A DNA stretch of 64,000 nt, taken from Sphingomonadaceae bacterium. Lineage in GTDB: Bacteria; Chloroflexota; UBA6077. The notes under the pieces were generated by a model, which ran no database searches, had not been told where the DNA came from, and was given only the letters and a program-made list of their open reading frames with translations. The position numbers were made by a program, and so were the translations under genes. The stretch lies in contig JBLNDL010000058.1 of NCBI GenBank assembly GCA_050261575.1, positions 1-64,000 of the forward strand, written 5' to 3'. The stretch's first letter is position 1; each line of letters opens with the position of its first letter. This document shows, in pieces, positions 1-8,427 of this stretch.

Positions 1-126
1 GGGCGTTGGGGGGGGATCTCACCCCCCCGGCGGCCGGCGCCCGCCCACCGGGTCCGGTTCGACAAATCATGGCCCGGCACGGGCGACGCATTGGCCGCGC
101 CCAATGCTTCGCCGCTGCACACCCTC

Positions 127-1293
127 TTACTTGATCGAGTTGGCCACCGCCAGCAGATCGGCCTCGCCGAAGCTGCCGCTCACCGCGTAGATCCTGCCGT
201 CCTTCGGCCAGATCAACGTGGTGCCCTTCCCATCTGGCTGGGTGATCGCGAACCCAGTCACACCCTGGACGTTCACCTCGTGTGTGGTCCCCTTCACCAC
301 CGGCACCACCACAGTGTTCCGCCAGTCGTCGATAGCCCTCAACTGGCTCACCAATTCCTGCGGCAGCCCCGGCATCTTCAGCACCTCCGCGCGGATCTGC
401 TCCACGTCCAGCCCATCGGGCACGTCCAGGGTAGGGCTGGTGCTCGCTCCCACGTACAGGAACCCCTGCCCCACGTGCGGTCGCGGAATGCCGTTGGAGT
501 CCCTCTCTGCGCCTCCCTTCTCCAGGTACAGCACGCTCACAGAGGCCGGCATCTGGAGGGTGATTGGGGCGCCATCCAGGTTGTCGGGCAGCTTCACGTC
601 GGTCGCCCCGATCGAGGAGAGGTAGGATCGCACCTTCTCGAGATTGGGCGTGAAGGTGGTGCTGTGCGCCTCGGTTACGGCGATGGCCTTCGGAGCCGGC
701 TCGATCCCGGCCGGCAGCGTGCCCGGCGTGGGCACCTTGAAGCCGGTCAATCGCTCCGCCTCCTCAGCGGTCGCCACCCTGGGCTTGAAGCTGCCCGTGG
801 TGGTGAGGCTACCCAGGTTGTCCGGCGCAGCCACCTTGGGCAGGCTGCTGGGATCCACCTGCACGGTCACGAACTTCTGCACCCGGAAGACGGAAAGGAA
901 GCTGCTGGCAACCGCCTGCACCGGAGAGAGAGTGAACAGCAGGGCAACGATCGCCAGCACGGCCAGCGTGCTCGCCGCAACTCGTAGCCGGCTCCCGCCG
1001 ACAAACCGAAAGAGGTTTCTGAGCATGTGAGACAACCCCCAACCTGATGTGACGGGGCGTCCGAAACCCGCTCGCTCTCGGATCCAACTCGAGGATGGCA
1101 CCGGCACCAGCACCGAACTCGGAGCCACTCGTTCGAATGCCGATAGAGTGAAGGCGGCGTTCTCCCTCAGCGCTTCCAGCTCGCGACAGCATGGGGCGCA
1201 GGATGCCAGGTGTCCCTCGATCCGCGCGAGCTCGGTCTCGGGTAACTCCCCATCCAACAGAGCCCTGAGATCGCCCTTTTCAATGCACCCCAT
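127..1293 (-). CDS. Anti-sigma factor: N-terminal zf-HC2 (ZAS) domain, one TM helix, extracytoplasmic domain
   Basis: MGCIEKGDLRALLDGEL...HLASCAPC (HxxxCxxC); hydrophobic segment LAVLAIVALLFTL; GGAGG RBS before ATG 1293; overlaps the sigma gene end. The ORF-track extension to 1845 is a shadow frame. Confidence 0.85.
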   Translation of the reverse strand: MGCIEKGDLRALLDGELPETELARIEGHLASCAPCCRELEALRENAAFTLSAFERVAPSSVLVPVPSSSWIRERAGFGRPVTSGWGLSHMLRNLFRFVGGSRLRVAASTLAVLAIVALLFTLSPVQAVASSFLSVFRVQKFVTVQVDPSSLPKVAAPDNLGSLTTTGSFKPRVATAEEAERLTGFKVPTPGTLPAGIEPAPKAIAVTEAHSTTFTPNLEKVRSYLSSIGATDVKLPDNLDGAPITLQMPASVSVLYLEKGGAERDSNGIPRPHVGQGFLYVGASTSPTLDVPDGLDVEQIRAEVLKMPGLPQELVSQLRAIDDWRNTVVVPVVKGTTHEVNVQGVTGFAITQPDGKGTTLIWPKDGRIYAVSGSFGEADLLAVANSIK

Positions 1294-1882
1294 CGGACAC
1301 CTCCTGAAGCCTCTCGTACACCCTGCGGAAGCGCTCCTCTGCCCTCGCCAGTAGGGTGCCCACCGAACTGGGGCGAACCCCCAGCGCGGCGGCGACCTCG
1401 GAGTAGCTGAGCCCGCCGTACCGCAACACCAGGCATGCCTGCTCCCGCTCGGAGAGCTGGGCCAGCACGGACCTAACCATCCGCCGCTCCTCCGCCGCCA
1501 GGCTGGCGTCCTCGGGATCGCCAGCCCGCAACCCGGCCGCCTCCTCCACCTCCGAGAGCCGCTGCATCCGCCCCTGGCGTCTGATCTCACGGCTCCCCTT
1601 TCGCAGGGCGTTGTATCCGAGATTGGTGGCAACCCGGCAGAGCCACGGGGCGACGTTCGGCTGCTCCCGAAGGTCCGGCGGGCTCTTGTACAGCCGGACG
1701 AACACCTCCTGCGCCAGGTCCTCCGCCTCCTCCCGGCTGCCCAGCATCCGGTACAAGACGGTGTACACCGTGCGCCAGTGCCTCGCGAACAGCAACTCGA
1801 ATGCCGCCTCCTCGCCAGAACGCAAACCCACCAGCAACCTGGCATCCGAAAGCTGCTGCTTGTCGCTCTCGTCCTCTACCAA
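1280..1882 (-). CDS. ECF RNA polymerase sigma-70 factor
   Basis: Region 2 EAEDLAQEVFVRLY...WLCRVATN; region 4 LSEREQACLVLRYGGLSYSEVAAALG; adjacent to an anti-sigma. Start uncertain (TTG 1882 or ATG 1918). Confidence 0.92.
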   Translation of the reverse strand: MVEDESDKQQLSDARLLVGLRSGEEAAFELLFARHWRTVYTVLYRMLGSREEAEDLAQEVFVRLYKSPPDLREQPNVAPWLCRVATNLGYNALRKGSREIRRQGRMQRLSEVEEAAGLRAGDPEDASLAAEERRMVRSVLAQLSEREQACLVLRYGGLSYSEVAAALGVRPSSVGTLLARAEERFRRVYERLQEVSDGVH

Positions 1883-1906
1883 CTGATTTGCCCCGTCCGA
1901 GAGTAT

Positions 1907-1933
1907 AACACCGCCCATCCGCTTCTTGTGACA
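1907..1933 (-). promoter_or_regulatory. Candidate ECF autoregulatory promoter TGTCACA-N16-TGTT
   Basis: Minus strand reads TGTCACA agaagcggatgggcgg TGTT just upstream of the sigma gene; a TATACT hexamer overlaps it. Confidence 0.4.
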
Positions 1934-2070
1934 GCCGGGAACGTTGCAGAGTTTCGAGAGCAAGGGGGGGGTAGTGTGGAGGCGACATTACGAGCCAGAC
2001 CCCCACAGCGGCCGGTAGTGGCAGTCCGCCTTGTCGAGCCTTGGGGACCGGCCGCCCGGGGCACTGCGCC

Positions 2071-4074
2071 CTACTCGGAGGCGAAGCCGCCCTTATCGAA
2101 GCGGTTGGTGGGGTCCCAGAAGAGCCACCCAGCGATGCCGTTCTCGTAGGTGGCCCTCTTCTGCGCCTCGATCTCGGCAGCGCCGTAGCTCTTCCCCGTC
2201 AGGTAGTCGTCGTAGTACTGGAGCCAGGGCCGCAGCTTCTCCGCGCCGATCCTCTGAGCGGCTATCTTCATGCTCTCGTACACGATCTCGTAGGGGTAGA
2301 GCCCCGCTCGCTGGCCGCCGTACATGGCGCCACCCTCGGCGGGGATCCCATCCCAGAAGAGATTGGGGTACACCATGGGGGAGACGTAGTCCACGCGTTC
2401 GGCCAGCTCCTCCAGCTTCTGCCCGATCCCCATGTCGTCGTTCCGCCACACCACGTAGCCGAAGATGTCTGCGGAGACGACGCCACCCTTCGCGTGAATG
2501 GCCTCCCTCGCCTTCTCGAGGAAGCCGTTGATGGCGGCCATCCGGTTGGCTTCCGTGTTAGCCAGGGAGAAGCTGATGGAGGAGAGCGAGTTGCCGGCGC
2601 TCGCGTCGGTGGGGAACCGCACGTAGTCGAACTGCACCTCGTCGAAGCCCAACTCGATCGCCTCGGTGGCGAGGGCGATGTTGTAGTCCCAAACCTCCTG
2701 GCGAGTCGGATCCGCCCAGGTGAGCCCCTCGTTGTCCACCCATGGCCTGCCCGTCTCGGAGTTCATCACCGCTAGGTCGGGGCGAGATGTGGAGAGCGGC
2801 TTGTCTTTGAAGACGACGATTCGGGCGATGGTGTAGACGCCTCGCTGGTTCAGCTCGTCCAGGAAGCGCCGGGGATCCTGGATCATTATCCCCTGCTGCG
2901 CGCCGATCTCGTTCACCATGGGCACCGCACTCCGGTAGGCGATCCACCCGCGATCACCCTTGACGTCGATGACCACGGCGTTCACCTCCGTGGTGTCGGC
3001 CAGCTTCAGCACCTGCTCCCGCAGGTCGGCGCTCCCCACGCCGTAGTATGTGAGGTAGAGCCCCTTGGCGGCGAAGGGCTTGAGCCTGACCTCCACGCTG
3101 GACCCTTGCCCCACCTCCACCAGCCGCCGCTCGTACCCGTTGGCGCTGACGGCCAGTCTGGCGCTCTCCGGAAGGCCCGACAGCCTGAAGGAGCCCTCCG
3201 CATCGGTGGTGGCGGTGGAGCCGCCGCTGGCGACCACGGCGCCCGCCACGAGCCGTCCCTTCTCGTCCCGCACCACACCGGCCACCGTATCCGGCCGTAG
3301 GAGCACATCCGCGGTGGCCTGGCCGTCGAAGACCACCTTCGCGGGGGCGAAGCCCTCCCGCCGGACGGTCACCTCTGCCCTCTCGGGCAGATAGCGCAGC
3401 GTCACCCGGCCCTGCTCGTCGGTGCGTGCGACGCGCTCGCCGGACGCCTCCACCCCTGCCGAGCCGGACACGACCGCGGCCTCAGCCCCCGCCACCGGCT
3501 CTCCTGTGTACCGGTCGAGCACCCTCAAGGTGGCGACGTTCGGCGAGAGCGCCAGGTCGACTGACGGCTGTCCATCGTACCTTGCCAACAGCCGGCCGAA
3601 GCCGGCCGCCGCCACCTCGATCTCGGCCCCGGGGTCCAGCCCCACCAGCCTGAACCTGCCCTCCCCGTCGCTCTGGACGGCCAGGTCCCCCGCGGACAGG
3701 CGGGCCCCCGCCACCGGCGTCCCGTTCCGGGCGTCACGCACGAGCCCATCCAGCACTCGCGGCTCCAACGTCAACAGAAGCTGGTTCCCGAACGCGACGA
3801 CGGCGGAGGCGGGGACGTAGCCCCTCGCCTCCGCCACCACGGTGCTGCCCAGCCGCAGACCAGAGATGCCGAAACTGCCATCCTCGCCAACCGGATACTC
3901 CTGGCCGGCGGCCCTAACCGCCGCCCCCGTCGGAGGGAGGCCGCCGGTCGCGTCGACGACTCGGCCGCTCACTGTTCGGGCTGGCAGGAGCAAGAAGACG
4001 GCCGACGCGGCGGCCAGCAATGCAATCACGGCTGTCGCCACGACGACGATGGTACCTCGTTGAGAGCGGAGCAT
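2071..4074 (-). CDS. Membrane-anchored putative glycoside hydrolase (DUF4015-like) with N-terminal carboxypeptidase-regulatory-like beta-sandwich repeats
   Basis: N-terminal TM; repeated G-x-V-x-D...P-V-A-G-A...TD-x-x-G-x-F units; C-terminal TIM-barrel motifs NAVVIDVK, GFDEVQFDYVRFP, SPMVYP, RPWLQ. Start 4074 or 4095. Confidence 0.8.
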   Translation of the reverse strand: MLRSQRGTIVVVATAVIALLAAASAVFLLLPARTVSGRVVDATGGLPPTGAAVRAAGQEYPVGEDGSFGISGLRLGSTVVAEARGYVPASAVVAFGNQLLLTLEPRVLDGLVRDARNGTPVAGARLSAGDLAVQSDGEGRFRLVGLDPGAEIEVAAAGFGRLLARYDGQPSVDLALSPNVATLRVLDRYTGEPVAGAEAAVVSGSAGVEASGERVARTDEQGRVTLRYLPERAEVTVRREGFAPAKVVFDGQATADVLLRPDTVAGVVRDEKGRLVAGAVVASGGSTATTDAEGSFRLSGLPESARLAVSANGYERRLVEVGQGSSVEVRLKPFAAKGLYLTYYGVGSADLREQVLKLADTTEVNAVVIDVKGDRGWIAYRSAVPMVNEIGAQQGIMIQDPRRFLDELNQRGVYTIARIVVFKDKPLSTSRPDLAVMNSETGRPWVDNEGLTWADPTRQEVWDYNIALATEAIELGFDEVQFDYVRFPTDASAGNSLSSISFSLANTEANRMAAINGFLEKAREAIHAKGGVVSADIFGYVVWRNDDMGIGQKLEELAERVDYVSPMVYPNLFWDGIPAEGGAMYGGQRAGLYPYEIVYESMKIAAQRIGAEKLRPWLQYYDDYLTGKSYGAAEIEAQKRATYENGIAGWLFWDPTNRFDKGGFASE

Positions 4075-4121
4075 GCCAGGCAAGGCCTCCCCCACAGTAT
4101 AGACGCCGAGGCGGGTGTTGG

Positions 4122-5639
4122 TTACGGAACGCCGCTAGCCGCCCGCCGCCTGGCCACCCCCTGTTCACCCGTGAGGTGATCCACGAACTGTCGAGCAGTT
4201 CGACCGGAGAAGCCGCCCTGGTGAACGGCCCACTGCAGCGCCCGAGCCCGCAGGCTGCCGGCGTCCACCTCCAGCCCTCGCTGCTGCGCCAGGCTCTCCA
4301 CGATCCGCAGGTATCGCCCCTGGTCGGGCGACGAGAAGACGAGGGTGATGCCGAAGCGATCCGCCAGCGAGAGCTTCTCCTGGTGGGTATCCTGGCTCCG
4401 AACCTCGCCGTCGCCCCCCATCCGGTCGGAGAAGCGCTCCTGCACCAGGTGGCGGCGATTGGAGGTGGCGTACACAACGACGTTGTTCGGGCGCGCCTCC
4501 AGGCTCCCCTCCAGCGCGGCCTTCAACTCCTTGTAGGCAGTCTCCCGCTCGTCGAAGGAGAGATCGTCCACGAACAGGATGAAGCGCTCGGGCCGCTGCC
4601 GCAGGATCGCCAGGATGCGGGGGAAGTCGGCCAGCAGACCCTTCGGCACCTCCACGAGACGCAGCCCTCGGTCGGCGTACCGGTGGAGCAGCGCCTTGAT
4701 GGTCGAGGATTTGCCCGTGCCGCGATCCCCGTACAGCAGCGCGTTGTTGGCGGGGAACCCCTCCACGAACTGCTCGGTGTTCTGGAGCAGGAGGGCTCGC
4801 TCCACGTCGTACTCGACCAGCTCCTCCAGCCGGATCGGGTCGGGGTGGGCCACCCCCTCCAGCCGCCCCTTCCCATCCCTATGGACCCAGCGGAAGGCCC
4901 GGTAGCGGGCAAAGTCCCCCACGCCGGAGACGGAATAGTGGTGGGCCAGCTCCTCCAGCAAAGACGGCCACGACTCCGCACGGGCCAGCTCCAATTTGAT
5001 GTGCGGAATTGCCGGCTCGGGTAGATCGGCCCTGGGCGAGATCGGCCGCAGGGCGGCCCACGACACCAACCCCGGAGAGTCCTCACCCACCCTCGCCGCC
5101 ACCAGTGGGAAGAGCGTCGCACCGTCCAGGCGGTAAAGCTGCTGAAGGAGCGCCAGATCGCTCTTAGCGGCCTCCACCAGCGAAGGCCCCATCGAGACGA
5201 TCGGCTCCCGCTCCGCCTTCCGGCTGAAGGGGTTCTCGTCGGCCAGGATGCGCTCCAGCAGGTGGTTCTGCCAGGCGTCGCCCACCAGGGGAGCGGCAGA
5301 CATCTCCGCCTCTCCCGCCAGGAGGGAGAAGAGGTGGGCGTAAGCGGCCAGGATGGAGGAGCGATCGCCTCTCGGGTTCTCCGCCGCCAGTCCGCGCAGC
5401 AGCGCCAGGAATCCCTTCCCGATCTCGTCCTCCAGCACCCTGCGGAAGAGGTGCAGCCCCCCAACACGGTGCAGCAGATCCCGCATCGGATCGACGCCAA
5501 GCACCGGCTCCGGGGCAATCGGAGATCGTGGGAGGGCGCCGAACGCCGAGTTCTCGGCCACCGGCCCTCGGCTTTCTCCCGTGGGCACGCCACCCAACCC
5601 GTCCGCCCCCCGTCGTCCCGCCGCTCCGTCCCTCTGCAT
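4122..5639 (-). CDS. DUF815 family AAA+ ATPase
   Basis: Walker A GDRGTGKS, Walker B ILFVDD, YATSNRRHL, EKLSLADRFG, GFSGRTA. Start 5639 (GAGGTGGAG RBS) or 5486. Confidence 0.88.
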   Translation of the reverse strand: MQRDGAAGRRGADGLGGVPTGESRGPVAENSAFGALPRSPIAPEPVLGVDPMRDLLHRVGGLHLFRRVLEDEIGKGFLALLRGLAAENPRGDRSSILAAYAHLFSLLAGEAEMSAAPLVGDAWQNHLLERILADENPFSRKAEREPIVSMGPSLVEAAKSDLALLQQLYRLDGATLFPLVAARVGEDSPGLVSWAALRPISPRADLPEPAIPHIKLELARAESWPSLLEELAHHYSVSGVGDFARYRAFRWVHRDGKGRLEGVAHPDPIRLEELVEYDVERALLLQNTEQFVEGFPANNALLYGDRGTGKSSTIKALLHRYADRGLRLVEVPKGLLADFPRILAILRQRPERFILFVDDLSFDERETAYKELKAALEGSLEARPNNVVVYATSNRRHLVQERFSDRMGGDGEVRSQDTHQEKLSLADRFGITLVFSSPDQGRYLRIVESLAQQRGLEVDAGSLRARALQWAVHQGGFSGRTARQFVDHLTGEQGVARRRAASGVP

Positions 5640-5829
5640 CTCCACCTCTGTCCTCTCCCCCAGAATCCGATTGAACGAATGAGCCTGCCGCTCCGCCGGC
5701 CAAGCCAAAGTGACGCGAGTATCGCCCGAGGCTGAGAAGGCGGAGCCCCTTCGTGGCCGGGACGGTCTCAGCTTCTCGACTCGCTGCATTCCCGGCGGGC
5801 GGAACCTGTGAAACCGCGCCTCGTCGGCG

Positions 5830-6516
5830 TCACCGTGCCTGGCCGCGACTCCCCTTCGCCCGACGGTGCCGCTGCACGAGCCTCAGCATCTCCTCTACCG
5901 AGACTGCCTCCAGGCTGTCGACCACCAGGTCGGCGCCCAACAGATCCTCGGCAGGCCAGGTACTCGCCACTGCGAGGCAGGCCATGCCGGCACGCCGGGC
6001 AGCCTCGACACCCGCCACCGCGTCCTCCACCACCAGGCATCGATCGACAGGCATCCCCAACTTCTCCGCCGCCTTCAGGAAGACCTCGGGGTCGGGCTTG
6101 CCGCGGGATACGTCCTCGGCTGCCACGAACTCGGTCAGGGGCAGATGCAGCCTCGACAGGATCTCCTCGATGTTGGCCCGAGGTGTCGATGAGGCCACGA
6201 TCTGAGGGATGCCGGTGGCGGCTAACTCCTTCACCAGCCGCTCTACCCCGGGCATCAGCGGTATCCGCTCCGGAAGCAAGTCCCGAAAGTAGCGCTCCTT
6301 CCGCTCGGCCAGCCGTTGCATCTCCGCCTCGTCGGTGCCGTGCAGCCATCGACGCAGGATGTCCAGGTTGCGCATGCCGAAGGTCGCGCGATGCTCGTCT
6401 TCGGAGATCTTCCGTCCGTGCTCAGCCATCAGCCGGCGCCACGCCTCGAAATGGTACCGACTGGTGTCCACCAGCACCCCGTCGAGATCCCACAACACCG
6501 CGAAAGGCGGCTGCAT
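5830..6516 (-). CDS. HAD family phosphatase (beta-phosphoglucomutase-like)
   Basis: DLDGVLVD motif I, GKPDP, VEDAVAG; GGAGG RBS before ATG 6516. Confidence 0.9.
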   Translation of the reverse strand: MQPPFAVLWDLDGVLVDTSRYHFEAWRRLMAEHGRKISEDEHRATFGMRNLDILRRWLHGTDEAEMQRLAERKERYFRDLLPERIPLMPGVERLVKELAATGIPQIVASSTPRANIEEILSRLHLPLTEFVAAEDVSRGKPDPEVFLKAAEKLGMPVDRCLVVEDAVAGVEAARRAGMACLAVASTWPAEDLLGADLVVDSLEAVSVEEMLRLVQRHRRAKGSRGQAR

Positions 6517-6561
6517 CCTCGCCTCCCCCGCCGTGGGACCTGATTGTACCATGCTCACGAC

Positions 6562-7038
6562 TCAGGAGTCCTCCGGTTCGTCGAATAGCCCACGGTAGAA
6601 CCTGGCCACGTACTCCGGAAGCCTCTCCATCCGCCCCATCACCCCGCTCGCCAGCCCGGCGTAACGCTCCCAGTCGCTCTCGCCCATGCCTGGGAAGCCA
6701 AGGGCGGGATCGCCGTGCTCGTACACGTGCGCCAGCGACGCCGCATCCCGATAGCGTGGATCCGCCTCCTCCGACAGCCGTCGGACCGCGGCGAGGAACT
6801 GCTGCCTGGCCCGCTCGTCCCGACGCAGCTCCTCCCACCACGCGTGGGCAATCTCGTGGATCGCTGCCTCCTCTTGGGCCGTGAACAGCTCGACCAGCCG
6901 CTCATCAGGATGCCAGTAACCTCCACCCCTCGTGCTGCGGGGATCGTGTATCACCACCTTCACACCCCGAGCCACCAGTTCCCGCCAAGCGGCGGGACGG
7001 ATGGGCAGCTCGGGAAGGGCCGGGTGTATCTTCTCCAT
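6562..7038 (-). CDS. Hypothetical protein with HExxH zincin-like motif
   Basis: 158 aa, AAIHEIAHAWWE plus downstream WERYAG; GGAG RBS; abuts the HAD gene region. Confidence 0.7.
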   Translation of the reverse strand: MEKIHPALPELPIRPAAWRELVARGVKVVIHDPRSTRGGGYWHPDERLVELFTAQEEAAIHEIAHAWWEELRRDERARQQFLAAVRRLSEEADPRYRDAASLAHVYEHGDPALGFPGMGESDWERYAGLASGVMGRMERLPEYVARFYRGLFDEPEDS

Positions 7039-7173
7039 GACGTTTTCTCCCTGGGAACGCCTCCGTGGTAGAGGGCGGAAGTGCCGCCCAGATCGGCGAC
7101 GCCGGACTCTTTCCAGTTCCCAGGCAACCCCCGTGCCGACCCCGCCCATGCACCCCGGCAACACCCCCACCTC

Positions 7174-7190
7174 CTGGCAACCATCTTGCA
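7174..7190 (+). promoter_or_regulatory. Sigma54-like -24/-12 promoter
   Basis: CTGGCAACCATCTTGCA (GG-N10-GC) about 50 nt upstream of the MBL/Mo-enzyme operon. Confidence 0.55.
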
Positions 7191-7238
7191 GTCGCTTTTC
7201 GCGTCGCCGAAATCTGCATCCTCCGAAGAAGAGGTCAC

Positions 7239-7874
7239 GTGCCCGCATCGGTAACCAAGCTCACCGCTGGACCTCTCGACACGAACAGCTACCTGGCGTG
7301 GGACGACGATGCTGGGCTCGCCGTGGTCGTCGACGCCCCGTGGGGCATCACTTCTCGGATGCTGGAGGAGATCCGACGGCGGTCGGTAAGGGTGATCTGC
7401 CTCGTACTCACCCACGGCCACTGGGACCACGTCGCGGACGCCACGGAGCTGGCCGCAGCGGCAGGCACGGTCATCGCGGCCCACCCTTTGGAGGTGCCCC
7501 AGTTGGAGGCTCCAGCCGAAACCCTCTACGAGGTGCCCTTCGCCATCCCGTCAACCCACCCGGAAAGGCTGCTGGAAGACGGCGACACCCTCGACGCCGG
7601 GGCATTCCACTTCCACCTGCTTCACACCCCGGGCCACAGCCCAGGTTCCATCTGCCTGTACGAGCCCGATAGAAAGCTGCTGTTCTCCGGCGACACCCTC
7701 TTCCACAACGGCTACGGTCGCACCGACCTGCCGGGAGGCAGCGACGAGGCGATGGAGCAGAGCCTGGCGAGACTCGCCTCCCTGCCCGACGAGGTGCGGG
7801 TGCTCCCGGGGCACGGACCGGAGACCTCGGTGGGGCAGGAGCGCTGGCTTAGGCGGATTCCGGTCGGATTGTAG
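7239..7874 (+). CDS. MBL-fold metallo-hydrolase (glyoxalase II-like)
   Basis: THGHWDH, HTPGHSPG, SGDTLF, PGHG motifs; GAGG RBS and GTG at 7239. Confidence 0.9.
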   Translation: MPASVTKLTAGPLDTNSYLAWDDDAGLAVVVDAPWGITSRMLEEIRRRSVRVICLVLTHGHWDHVADATELAAAAGTVIAAHPLEVPQLEAPAETLYEVPFAIPSTHPERLLEDGDTLDAGAFHFHLLHTPGHSPGSICLYEPDRKLLFSGDTLFHNGYGRTDLPGGSDEAMEQSLARLASLPDEVRVLPGHGPETSVGQERWLRRIPVGL

Positions 7875-7895
7875 CTGCGCAGTCGGAGGAACCCT

Positions 7896-8423
7896 ATGTC
7901 GGAACTCACTACCAAGCCACCCTCGTGGTTGGTGCCGAGGGGGCCGGGAAAGACGACGATCAGGCTGATGGTGAACGGACGGGAGTACATCCTCGCCGTG
8001 CAGCCGCGCCGCACCCTGCTGGAGGTGCTGCGATACAACCTCCACCTCACGGGCGCCAAACAAGGATGCGGTCTCGGGCAGTGCGGGGCTTGCACCGTCC
8101 TGATGGATGGAAAGGCGGTGTACTCCTGCCTGGTCCTCGCCATCGAGTGCGAGGGGCACCTCGTGGAGACGATCGAGGGGTTGGAGCAGGATGGCCAACT
8201 CCACGCCATCCAACAGGCCTTCCTGGAGACCGATGCGTTCCAGTGCGGCTTCTGTACACCGGGCCAGATCGTGGCGGTGAAGGGGTTGCTCGACATCAAT
8301 AGCGAGCCGTCCCTGGAGGATGTGAAGCGGGCACTGTCGGGCAACCTCTGCCGCTGCGGCGCCTACCCCAACATCTTCAGAGCGGCGCTGTTGGCTGCGG
8401 AGCGCACGGGCAGGCGGAGGTAG
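7896..8423 (+). CDS. (2Fe-2S)-binding small subunit of a xanthine dehydrogenase/aldehyde oxidoreductase family enzyme
   Basis: GCGLGQCGACTV, QCGFCTPG, NLCRCG motifs. Confidence 0.95.
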   Translation: MSELTTKPPSWLVPRGPGKTTIRLMVNGREYILAVQPRRTLLEVLRYNLHLTGAKQGCGLGQCGACTVLMDGKAVYSCLVLAIECEGHLVETIEGLEQDGQLHAIQQAFLETDAFQCGFCTPGQIVAVKGLLDINSEPSLEDVKRALSGNLCRCGAYPNIFRAALLAAERTGRRR

Positions 8424-8427
8424 CGAC

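Noticed and set aside
1294..1845. N-terminal extension of the 572-aa ORF (127..1845)
   Set aside because: Arg/Trp-rich shadow frame over the sigma gene; the true start with RBS is at 1293.
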